This document shows positions 52,361 through 64,000 of a DNA stretch of 64,000 nucleotides, one piece after another (position 1 is the stretch's first letter; each line of letters opens with the position of its first letter). A program made the position numbers and the translations under genes. Where the stretch lies: the NCBI RefSeq assembly GCF_964204645.1, contig NC_134026.1, forward strand, positions 310,001-374,000, read 5' to 3'. This DNA is from Tubulanus polymorphus. Lineage: Eukaryota > Animalia > Nemertea. The notes beneath the pieces were generated by a model, which did no database searches, was not told the DNA's origin, and saw only the letters and a program-made list of their open reading frames with translations.

Positions 52361-53322
52361 GATGGCTTCAGGGATAGGTTGAATGTAAATACACATTGTA
52401 CATCTATTGGAAAATAAATATGAACTGATGGTTTGATTGGCTGGTTTGTTGTTGAATCTGATTGTGGGTTATTAATTACTGATGTGCTGCGACTTAGCGT
52501 TTTATATGCATACATTTCAAAGGGCTTCTCTTGTTTTTGTTGTGCTGGTTAAATTATTTTGTAAATGATAATTGAGGATGTCAAACTTTGGTTTAGAGTT
52601 TTGTTACAGTGATGAATGAATGCACTGTATATGTGGAGATTATGTACTTGTGACTGCGTTTGTTTTTGTAAATACATTTATTTTTTTTTAAATGATTGTT
52701 TTTATGTTGCATCTCATTCTGAGGATGTTAAACTCTTAACTCAAGATACTCGGTTTGCTCTGGACTTTGATTATTATATTGATGAATACATTGATTTTAT
52801 GGTGTTTGATTATCTGTTGAACTATTGTTTATGAATACCATTTGAACTACTAACCACTAGTTGTTTTAACATCAGTATCATTAATGGTCAGTTGTTCTCT
52901 ACAAATTATATGTGTTATTATTTCTTTATATAATGTACGGTGGACTCTCTTAACTAGAATCATTTCAAGTCCAGTCACTTGGAGTAATGATTTTCCAAGC
53001 TTACATCAACTTGGACATAAAGACATTGAACTATTGCATTGAAATTCTTTTATCTGCAGGTGACAATTATCACCTTGTCTTTATTGATTCGAGTTAGTCA
53101 AGTCTATTGTACATGGATTCTTTTTTCTCTGGAAGTGAATTAAATGAAACGAGACGACAGTTGAACCCCATTAGTACGATTGTGTTTAGGACGAAAACCG
53201 TTTATTACGATCAGATTTTCGGCATGTCCCGGCTAATTTACATCGATCCATATTTTGATAATACGACAATTTCACTTTCAACAATAAGATTTGTATTTAA
53301 CTAAGGATCCACTGTAAAACTG

Positions 53323-56300
53323 GAGTATCCCGGGTTCAAACCCATCAATTGCTGTGATTCAGAGTGGTCCTGATGGATAAAGGATGAACAGGGGTATCCC
53401 GGGTTCAAACCCATCAATTGCTGTGATTCAGAGTGGTCCTGATGGATAAAGGGTGAACAGGGGTATCCCGGGTTCAAACCCATCAATTGCTGTGATTCAG
53501 AGTGGTCCTGATGGATAAAGGATGAACAGGGGTGTACCGACCGTACAGTGCTGCCGCTATGCTCATCGTTAGCGGGATTTCCATACACTAACTAAAGTCA
53601 ACTCTGGCAATCGACGTACTGTCCAGTTGTACTCCGTGACCTTAGCTTGCCAGAGTTGACTAACGTTAGTGTATAAAAATTCCGCTAACGATGAGCATAG
53701 AGGCAGCACCGTACGGTAAAATGTTGATATCTTAACAAAAGTAATTACTGATACTGATTCAGAGAGGTCCTGATGCTGAATAGAGGATGTACAGGGGTGT
53801 CTCGATTTTTAACCCATCAATTGCTGTGATTCAGAGTGGTCCTGATGCTGAATAGAGGATGTACGGGGGTGTCTCGATTTTTAACACATCAATTGCTGTG
53901 ATTCAGAGTGGTCCTGATGCTGAATAGAGGATGTGCAGGGGTATCCCGGGTTCAAACCCATCAATTGCTGTGATTCAGAGTGGTCCTGAGGCTGAATAGA
54001 GGATGTACAGGGGTATCCCGGGTTCAAACCCATCAATTGCTGTGATTCAGAGTGGTCCTGATGAATAAAGGATGAACAGGGGTGTACCGACCGTACAGTG
54101 CTGCCGCTATGCTGATCGTTAGCGGGATTTTCATACACTAACTAAAGTCAACTTTGGCAATCGACGTGCTGTCCAGTTATACTCCGTGACCTTAGCTTGC
54201 CAGAGTTGACTAACGTAAGTGTATAAAAATTCCGCTAACGATGAGCATAGAGGCAGCACCGTACGGTAAAATGTTGATGTCTTAACAAAAGTAATTACTG
54301 ATACTGATTCAGAGCGGTCCTGATGCTGAATAGAGGATGTACAGGGGTGTCTCGATTTCTAACCCATCAATTGCTGTGATTCAGAGTGGTCCTGGTGGAT
54401 AACGGATGTACAGGGGTATCCCGGGTTCAAACCCATCAATTGCTGTGATTCAGAGTGGTCCTGATGCTGAATAGAGGATGAACAGGGGTATCGCGTGTTC
54501 AAACCCATCAATTGCTGTGATTCAGAGTGGTCCTGGTGGATAAAAGATGTACAGGGGTGTCCCGGGTTCAAACCCATCAATTGCTATGATTCAGAGTGGT
54601 CCTGATGCTGAATAGAGGATGTACGGGGGTGTCTCGGGTTCAAACCCAGTAATTACTGATACTGATTCAGAGTGGTCCTGATGCTGAATAGAGGATGAAC
54701 AGGGGTGTCTCGATTTCTAACCCATCAATTGCTATGATTCAGAGTGGTCCTGGTTGATAACGGATGTGCAAGGGTATCCCGTGTTCAAACCCATAAATTG
54801 CTGTGATTCAGAGTTGTCCTGATGGATAAAGGATGTACAGGGGTATCCCGGGTTCAAACCCATCAATTGCTGTGATTCAGAGTGGTCTTGATGGATAAAG
54901 GATGAATAGGGGTGTACCGACCGTACAGTGCTGCCGCTATGCTCATCGTTAGCGGGATTTTCATACACTAACTAAAGTCAACTCTTGCAATCGACGTGCT
55001 GCCGAGTTGTACTCCGTGACCTTAGCTTGCCAGGGTTGACTAACGTTAGTGTATAAAAATTCCGCTAACGATGAGTATAGAGGCAGCACCGTACGGTAAA
55101 ATGTTGATAACTGATTCAGAGCGGTACTGATGCTGAATAGAGGATGTACAGGGGTGTCCCGTGTTCAAACCCATCAATTGCTGTGATTCAGAGTGGTCCT
55201 GATGGATAGAGGATGTACAGGGTTATCCCGGGTTCAAACCCATCAATCGCTGTGATTAAGAGTGGTCCTGATGGATAAAGGATTAACAGGGGTATCCCAG
55301 GTTCAAACCCATCAATTGCTGTGATTCAGAGTGGTCCTGATGCTGAATAGAGGATGTACGGGGGTATCCCGGGTTCAAACCCATCAATTGCTGTGATTCA
55401 GAGTTGTCCTGATGGATAAAGGATGTACAGGGTTATCATGGGTTCAAACCCATCAATTGATGTGATTCAGAGTGGTCCTGATGCTGAATAGAGGATGTAC
55501 GGGGGTATCCCGGGTTCAAACTCATCAATTGATGTGATTCAGAGTGGTCCTGATGCTGAATAGAGGATGTACGGGGGTATCCCGGGTTCAAACCCATCAA
55601 TGGCTGTGATTCAGAGTGGTCCTGATGGATAAGGGTTTAACAGGGGTATCCCAGGTTCAAACCCATCAATTGCTGTGATTCAGAGTGGTCCTGATGCTGA
55701 ATAGAGGATGTACGGGGGTATCCCGGGTTCAAACCCATCAATTGCTGTGATTCAGAGTTGTCCTGATGGATAAAGGATGTACAGGGGTATCTCGGGTTCA
55801 AACCCATCAATTTCTGTGATTCAGAGTGGTCCTGATGCTGAATAGAGGATGAACAGGGGTATCCCGGGTTCAAACCCATCAATTGCTGTGATTCAGAGTG
55901 GTCCTGAGGCTGAATAGAGGATGTGCAGGGGTATCCCGTGTTCAAACCCATCAATTGCTGTGATTCAGAGTTGTCCTGATGGATAAAGGATGAACAGGGG
56001 TGTACCGACCGTACAGTGCTGCCGCTATGCTCATCGTTAGCGGGATTTTCATACACTGACTAAAGTCAACTCTGGCAATCGACGTGCTGTCCAGTTATAC
56101 TTCCGTGACCTTAGCTTGCCAGAGTTGACTAACGTTAGTGTATAAAAATTCCTCTAACGATGAGCATAGAGGCAGCACCATACGGTAAAATGTTGATAAC
56201 TGATTCAGAGTGGTCCTGATGCTGAATAGAGGATGTACGGGGGTGTCTCTGGTTCAAACCCTTCAATTGCTGTGATTCAGAGTGGACCTGATGCTGAATA

Positions 56301-59300
56301 GAGGATGTACGGGGGTGTCTCGGGTTCAAACCCATCAATTGCTGTGATTCAGAGTGGTCCTGATGGATAAAGGATGTACAGGGGTGTCCCGACCGTACAG
56401 TGCTGCCGCTATGCTCATCGTTAGCGGGATTTTCATACACTAACTAAAGTCAACTCTTGCAATCGACGTGCTGCCGAGTTGTACTCCGTGACCTTAGCTT
56501 GCCAGGGTTGACTAACGTTAGTGTATAAAAATTCCGCTAACGATGAGTATAGAGGCAGCACCGTACGGTAAAATGTTGATAACTGATTCAGAGCGGTACT
56601 GATGCTGAATAGAGGATGTACAGGGGTGTCCCGTGTTCAAACCCATCAATTGCTGTGATTCAGAGTGGTCCTGATGGATAGAGGATGTACGAGGGTGTCC
56701 CGTGTTCAAACCCATCAATTGCTATGATTCAGAGTGGTCCTGATGCTGAATAGAGGATGTACAGGGGTGTCTCGGGTTTAAACCCAGTAATTACTGATAC
56801 TGATTCAGAGAGGTCCTGATGTTGAATAGAGGATGTACAGGGTTATCCCGGGTTCAAACCCATCAATTGCTGTGATTCAGAGTGGTCCTGATGCTGAATA
56901 GAGGATGTACGGGGGTATCCCGGGTTCAAACCCATCAATTGCTGTGATTCAGAGTTGTCCTGATGGATAAAGGATGTACAGGGGGTATCTCGGGTTCAAA
57001 CCCATCAATTGCTGTGATTCAGAGTGGTCCTGATGCTGAATAGAGGATGTACGGGGGTGTCCCGGGTTCAAACCCATCAATTGCTTTGATTCAGAGTTGT
57101 CCTGATGGATAAAGGATGTACAGGGGTATCCCGGGTTCAAACCCATCAATTTCTGTGATTCAGAGTGGTCCTGATGCTGAATAGAGGATGAACAGGGGTA
57201 TCCCGGGTTCAAACCCATCAATTGCTGTGATTCAGAGTGGTCCTGAGGCTGAATAGAGGATGTGCAGGGGTATCCCGTGTTCAAACCCATCAATTGCTGT
57301 GATTTAGAGTGGTCCTGATGGATAAAGGATGAACAGGGGTGTACCGACCGTACAGTGCTGCCGCTATGCTCATCGTTAGCGGGATTTCCATACACTAACT
57401 AAAGTCAACTCTGGCAATCGACGTGCTGTCCAGTTGTACTCCGTGACCTTAGCTTGCCAGAGTTGACTAACGTTAGTGTATAAAAATTCCTCTAACGATG
57501 AGCATAGAGGCAGCACCGTACGGTAAAATGTTGATAACTGATTCAGAGCGGTACTGATGCTGAATAGAGGATGTACAGGGGTATCCCGTGTTCAAACCCA
57601 TCAATTGCTGTGATTCAGAGTGGTCCTGATGCTGAATAGAGGATGTACAGGGGTATCCCGGGTTCAAACCCATCAATTTCTGTGATTCAGAGTGGTCCTG
57701 ATGCTGAATAGAGGATGAACAGGGGTATCCCGGGTTCAAACCCATCAATTGCTGTGATTCAGAGTGGTCCTGAGGCTGAATAGAGGATGTGCAGGGGTAT
57801 CCCGTGTTCAAACCCATCAATTGCTGTGATTTAGAGTGGTCCTGATGGATAAAGGATGAACAGGGGTGTACCGACCGTACAGTGCTGCCGCTATGCTCAT
57901 CGTTAGCGGGATTTCCATACACTAACTAAAGTCAACTCTGGCAATCGACGTGCTGTCCAGTTGTACTCCGTGACCTTAGCTTGCCAGAGTTGACTAACGT
58001 TAGTGTATAAAAATTCCTCTAACGATGAGCATAGAGGCAGCACCGTACGGTAAAATGTTGATAACTGATTCAGAGCGGTACTGATGCTGAATAGAGGATG
58101 TACAGGGGTATCCCGTGTTCAAACCCATCAATTGCTGTGATTCAGAGTGGTCCTGATGCTGAATAGAGGATGTACAGGGGTATCCCGGGTTCAAACCCAT
58201 CAATTGCTGTGATTCAGAGTGGTCCTGATGGATAAAGGATTAACAGGGGTATCCCAGGTTCAAACCCATCAATTGCTGTGATTCAGAGTGGTCCTGATGC
58301 TGAATAGAGGATGTACGGGGGTATCCCGGGTTCAAACCCATCAATTGCTGTGATTCAGAGTGGTCCTGATGGATAAAGGATTAACAGGGGTATCCCAGGT
58401 TCAAACCCATCAATTGCTGTGATTCAGAGTGGTTCTGATGCTGAATAGAGGATGAACAGGGGTATCCCGGGTTCAAACCCATCAATTGCTGTGATTTAGA
58501 GTGGTCCTGATGGATAAAGGATGAACAGGGGTGTACCGACCGTACAGTGCTGCCGCTATGCTCATCGTTAGCGGGATTTCCATACACTAACTAAAGTCAA
58601 CTCTGGCAATCGACGTGCTGTCCAGTTGTACTCCGTGACCTTAGCTTGCCAGAGTTGACTAACGTTAGTGTATAAAAATTCCTCTAACGATGAGCATAGA
58701 GGCAGCACCGTACGGTAAAATGTTGATAACTGATTCAGAGCGGTACTGATGCTGAATAGAGGATGTACAGGGGTATCCCGTGTTCAAACCCATCAATTGC
58801 TGTGATTCAGAGTGGTCCTGATGCTGAATAGAGGATGTACAGGGGTATCCCGGGTTCAAACCCATCAATTGCTGTGATTCAGAGTGGTCCTGGTGCTGAA
58901 TAGAGGATGTACAGGGGTGTCCCGTGTTCAAACCCATCAATTGCTGTGATTCAGATTGGTCCTGATGGATAGAGGATGTACGGGGGTGTCCCGTGTTCAA
59001 ACCCATCAATTGCTGTGATTCAGAGTGGACCTGATGCTGAATAGAGGATGTACGGGGGTGTCTCGGGTTCAAACCTATCAATTGCTGTGATTCAGAGTGG
59101 TCCTGATGGATAAAGGATGTACAGGGGTTTCCCGACCGTACAGTGCTGCCGCTATGCTCATCGTTAGCGGGATTTTCATACACTAACTAAAGTCAACTCT
59201 TGCAATCGACGTGCTGCCGAGTTGTACTCCGTGACCTTAGCTTGCCAGGGTTGACTAACGTTAGTGTATAAAAATTCCGCTAACGATGAGTATAGAGGCA

Positions 59301-62300
59301 GCACCGTACGGTAAAATGTTAATAACTGATTCAGAGCGGTACTGATGCTGAATAGAGGATGTACAGGGGTGTCCCGTGTTCAAACCCATCAATTGCTGTG
59401 ATTCAGAGTGGTCCTGATGGATAAAGGATGAACAGGGGTGTACCGACCGTACAGTGCTGCCGCAATGCTCATCGTTAGCGGGATTTTCATACACTAACTA
59501 AAGTCAACTCTGGCAATCGACGTGCTGTCCAGTTATACTCCGTGACCTTTGCTTGCCAGAGTTGACTAACGTTAGTGTATAAAAATTCCTCTAACGATGA
59601 GTTTAGAGGCAGCACCATACGGTAAAATGTTGATAACTGATTCAGAGTGGTCCTGATGCTGAATAGAGGATGTACGGGATGTCTCTGGTTCAAACCCTTC
59701 AATTGCTGTGATTCAGAGTGGACCTGATGCTGAATAGAGGATGTACGGGGGTGTCTCGGGTTCAAACCCATCAATTGCTGTGATTCAGAGTGGTCCTGAT
59801 GGATAAAGGATGTACAGGGGTGTCCCGACCGTACAGTGCTGCCGCTATGCTCATCGTTAGCGGGATTTTCATACACTAACTAAAGTCAACTCTGGCAATC
59901 GACGTGCTGCCGAGTTGTACTCCGTGACCTTAGCTTGCCAGGGTTGACTAACGTTAGTGTATAAAAATTCCGCTAACGATGAGTATAGAGGCAGCACCGT
60001 ACGGTAAAATGTTGATAACTGATTCAGAGTGGTCCTGATGCTGAATAGAGGATGTACAGGGGTGTCCCGTGTTCAAACCCATCAATTGCTATGATTCAGA
60101 GTGGTCCTGATGCTGAATAGAGGATGTACAGGGGTGTCTCGGGTTTAAACCCAGTAATTACTGATACTGATTCAGAGTCGTCCTGATGCTGAATAGAGGA
60201 TGAACAGGGGTGTCTCGGGTTTAAACCCAGTAATTACTGATACTGATTCAGAGTGGTCCTGATGCTGAATAGAGGATGTACAGGGTTATCCCGGGTTCAA
60301 ACCCATCAATTGCTGTGATTCAGAGTGGTCCTGATGGATAAAGGATTAACAGGGGTATCCCAGGTTCAAACCCATCAATTGCTGTGATTCAGAGTGGTCC
60401 TGATGCTGAATAGAGGATGTACGGGGGTATCCCGGGTTCAAACCCATCAATTGCTGTGATTCAGAGTGGTCCTGATGGATAAAGGATTAACAGGGGTATC
60501 CCAGGTTCAAACCCATCAATTGCTGTGATTCAGAGTGGTCCTGATGGATAAAGGATGAACAGGGGTATCCCGGGTTCAAACCCATCAATTGCTGTGATTC
60601 AGAGTGGTCCTGATGGATAAAGGATGAACAGGGGTGTACCGACCGTACAGTGCTGCCGCTATGCTGATCGTTAGCGGGATTTTCATACACTAACTAAAGT
60701 CAACTCTGGCAATCGACGTGCTGTCCAGTTGTACTCCGTGACCTTAGCTTGCCAGAGTTGACAAACGTTAGTGTATAAAAATTCCTCTAACGATGAGCAT
60801 AGAGGCAGCACCGTACGGTAAAATGTTGATAACTGATTCAGAGCGGTACTGATGCTGAATAGAGGATGTACAGGCGTATCCCGTGTTCAAATCCATCAAT
60901 TGCTGTGATTCAGAGTGGTCCTGATGCTGAATAGAGGATGAACAGGGGTATCCCGGGTTCAAACCCATCAATTGCTGTGATTTAGAGTGGTCCTGATGGA
61001 TAAAGGATGAACAGGGGTGTACCGACCGTACAGTGCTGCCGCTATGCTCATCGTTAGCGGGATTTCCATACACTAACTAAAGTCAACTCTGGCAATCGAC
61101 GTGCTGTCCAGTTGTACTCCGTGACCTTAGCTTGCCAGAGTTGACTAACGTTAGTGTATAAAAATTCCTCTAACGATGAGCATAGAGGCAGCACCGTACG
61201 GTAAAATGTTGATAACTGATTCAGAGCGGTACTGATGCTGAATAGAGGATGTACAGGGGTATCCCGTGTTCAAACCCATCAATTGCTGTGATTCAGAGTG
61301 GTCCTGATGCTGAATAGAGGATGTACAGGGGTATCCCGGGTTCAAACCCATCAATTGCTGTGATTCAGAGTGGTCCTGATGGATAAAGGATTAACAGGGG
61401 TATCCCAGGTTCAAACCCATCAATTGCTGTGATTCAGAGTGGTCCTGATGCTGAATAGAGGATGTACGGGGGTATCCCGGGTTCAAACCCATCAATTGCT
61501 GTGATTCAGAGTGGTCCTGATGGATAAAGGATTAACAGGGGTATCCCAGGTTCAAACCCATCAATTGCTGTGATTCAGAGTGGTCCTGATGGATAAAGGA
61601 TGAACAGGGGTATCCCGGGTTCAAACCCATCAATTGCTGTGATTCAGAGTGGTCCTGATGGATAAAGGATGAACAGGGGTGTACCGACCGTACAGTGCTG
61701 CCGCTATGCTGATCGTTAGCGGGATTTTCATACACTAACTAAAGTCAACTCTGGCAATCGACGTGCTGTCCAGTTGTACTCCGTGACCTTAGCTTGCCAG
61801 AGTTGACAAACGTTAGTGTATAAAAATTCCTCTAACGATGAGCATAGAGGCAGCACCGTACGGTAAAATGTTGATAACTGATTCAGAGCGGTACTGATGC
61901 TGAATAGAGGATGTACAGGCGTATCCCGTGTTCAAATCCATCAATTGCTGTGATTCAGAGTGGTCCTGATGCTGAATAGAGGATGTACGGGGGTATCCCG
62001 GGTTCAAACCCATCAATTGCTGTGATTCAGAGTGGTCCTGAGGCTGAATAGAGGATGTGCAGGGGTATCCCGTGTTCAAACCCATCAATTGCTGTGATTC
62101 CGAGTTGTCCTGATGGATAAAGGATGTACAGGGGTGTCCCGGGTTCAAACCCATCAATTGCTGTGATTCAGAGTGGTCCTGAGGCTGAATAGAGGATGTG
62201 CAGGGGTATCCCGGGTTCAAACCCATCAATTGCTGTGATTCAGAGTGGTCCTGATGGATAAAGGATGAACAGGGGTGTACCGACCGTACAGTGCTGCCGC

Positions 62301-62353
62301 TATGCTCATCGTTAGCGGGATTTTCATACACTAACTAAAGTCAACTCTGGCAA
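53323..62353. repeat. 9-kb composite array of 69/72-bp tRNA-like units interleaved with a ~178-bp fold-back element
   Basis: Unit TCAGAGTGGTCCTGATG(GATAA|CTGAATAG)AGGATGWACAGGGGTRTCCCGGGTTCAAACCCATCAATTGCTGTGAT, roughly 85-90 copies by length estimate. Fold-backs start at 53540, 54090, 54920, 56008, 56392, 57347, 57874, 58539, 59135, 59446, 59828, 60642, 61025, 61687, with a half copy at 62283. Confidence 0.97.
53540..53717. mobile_element. MITE-like fold-back element (first of 14 full copies)
   Basis: ~71-bp arms ACCGTACAGTGCTGCCGCTATGCTCATCGTTAGCGG...GTCAACTCTGGCAA and TTGCCAGAGTTGAC...CCGCTAACGATGAGCATAGAGGCAGCACCGTACGGT around a ~36-nt loop. CCGTA...TACGG|TA ends resemble Tc1/mariner-pogo termini. 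Confidence 0.75.
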
Positions 62354-62467
62354 CTTCCAATAAAATACTATCTGAGAAGAGCAACAGAATTCCATTATTG
62401 AATTTTGAATTTTTTTATTATTCATTTAAGAAATGATAAGTGACTAATATAGTCACATACACACTGA

Positions 62468-62621
<154 letters not shown>

Positions 62622-62958
62622 CTTTCCAAATCCACGAAGATTGATAGAGAAAATGACTATTGAAATAAGATCTTTTACAACGACGACAAATGCTTCATTC
62701 TTACTAACAAGAATTATGAATATATCTATCCCTCTTTCTCATTTACATAAATATACTAAATTATACAGTGTAGCATATACATAGATTGAAGCTTTCAGAT
62801 TCCACATATGTATATACTTAACTGTTGTTTTCAGATCATTCCAGCATTTACTTAAACATCAACAATAATTCAATTGATTTCCCTATTTTGAACCATCCAA
62901 TATGAAAACTATGATATGCATTATAATCTACAGAACTGTACTTGCATTTTTGATAATA

Positions 62959-63117
62959 CAGTTAACCTCGCCTTACTCAGATTTTCCAAGAACTCGCAAA
63001 AAATGAAATCATTTTTCTGACCTACGAACGCATTTCCTATCCTTAACTTGAACTTTTGCTAAGCTCGGACAAATTTTGCTGGTCCCAGTTCGTCCCGAGT
63101 TAGGGCGAGGTTTACTG
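62959..63117. mobile_element. Tc1/mariner-pogo-type MITE
   Basis: TA|CAGTTAACCTCGCCTTACTC ... GAGTTAGGGCGAGGTTTACTG|CA. Confidence 0.7.
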
Positions 63118-63494
63118 CATCTCTAAAACGATTTGGCTCGGTGATTTGGAATTTCATTCAATTCGTGGGACCTGAATTAGTTCATTTGAATCAGATTCAT
63201 TAAACGGAACTGGCCTCAGAATATGTCAATAATCCCTCTTTCTATGTGGGTCGATAAGAACACGAAGGCCAATCCTTGGATGATGTAGAGTTTCGAGAAA
63301 AAGGTGAAATCAAGAAAATATACATTTGAATTTGGATGCACTTTTTTTAGAGAAATATTGTCAATATCGCTGATTGCTGATCCACTGTCTAGAGCGACCT
63401 CAATGGGATAGCAGAGATCCAAACTACCCCCCCCCCCCCCCCCCCCCGCCCTCCCTGACTATCAACTGGTACAGATATTATCAATTTAACAGTA

Positions 63495-63609
63495 CAGTAG
63501 ACTCTGCTTGCTTCAGATCTTGTAGGTGTAAATTCCAAGGCAGTCTGAACAGGGATGGAGGGTTAAGAAAATCTGTAGTATATTGTCCGGGGCTAAACAG
63601 AGTCTACTG
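63495..63609. mobile_element. Tc1/mariner-pogo-type MITE with intact TA TSD
   Basis: TA|CAGTAGACTCTG ... CAGAGTCTACTG|TA, a perfect 12-bp TIR; the same right end recurs at ~30925-30936. Confidence 0.8.
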
Positions 63610-64000
63610 TAGTAGCTATTTTACTCCTATTACATCAACCCATCACACATCGATGAACTGTATTTTTCTCATACATGCATTTATATAGAAACTATCACTT
63701 CACTAAACAACAGTAAAGATTTGAGCTTCCATAAACAACATTCAATTATACAACACATTATCATATTACACATTTACTGACAATTTATAAGACAACATTT
63801 TCACAACACTAAACTCTTTACTCCATGCACGCACATGATACAAACGTATTTCTAAATTTAAATGGACAGAATCTGATTTTTACATTTTCGCCATCGTGAA
63901 ATTTTACTGTAAAAATATTGCGAAATATGCGAAGTATCTATGACTACAACAAACGAACGATGGATGAACCTCCGATCCTGCTACAACTATAATACATTCA

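Noticed and set aside
53301-62331. Many minus-strand ORFs with QDHSESQQLMGLNPGYPC repeats
   Set aside because: By-product of 69/72-bp units being multiples of 3; frequent stops and frameshifts, mostly non-ATG starts, no splice structure seen.
53323-62353. CRISPR-like repeat/spacer array
   Set aside because: The intervening sequences are themselves repeats rather than unique spacers; eukaryotic context and no cas genes.

Overview
AT-rich, intron-containing animal DNA, probably an invertebrate (lophotrochozoan-like; species cannot be determined from the sequence). The first ~24 kb is gene-dense. It holds a head-to-head pair of divergent MAM-domain genes, a secreted protein with the exon layout and promoter motifs of a long-chain four-helix cytokine (IL-6/Unpaired-like), a small orphan membrane protein ending in FKNPTY, and SEPSECS and TTC1 sharing a bidirectional promoter. 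SEPSECS intron 3 uses a GC donor that is tandemly quadruplicated. From ~24.5 kb on there is one spliced orphan gene whose 6.9-kb intron holds a BEL/Pao relic and a piggyBac-type MITE, then decayed coding-like islands and many satellites. The most unusual structure is a 9-kb array (53.3-62.35 kb) of 69/72-bp tRNA-like units, with collinear resemblance to tRNA-Sec or alternatively A/B-box SINE heads, punctuated by 14.5 copies of a ~178-bp fold-back element. Exon models were assembled by hand from splice signals and phase. Family calls come from motif recognition; no database searches were run.
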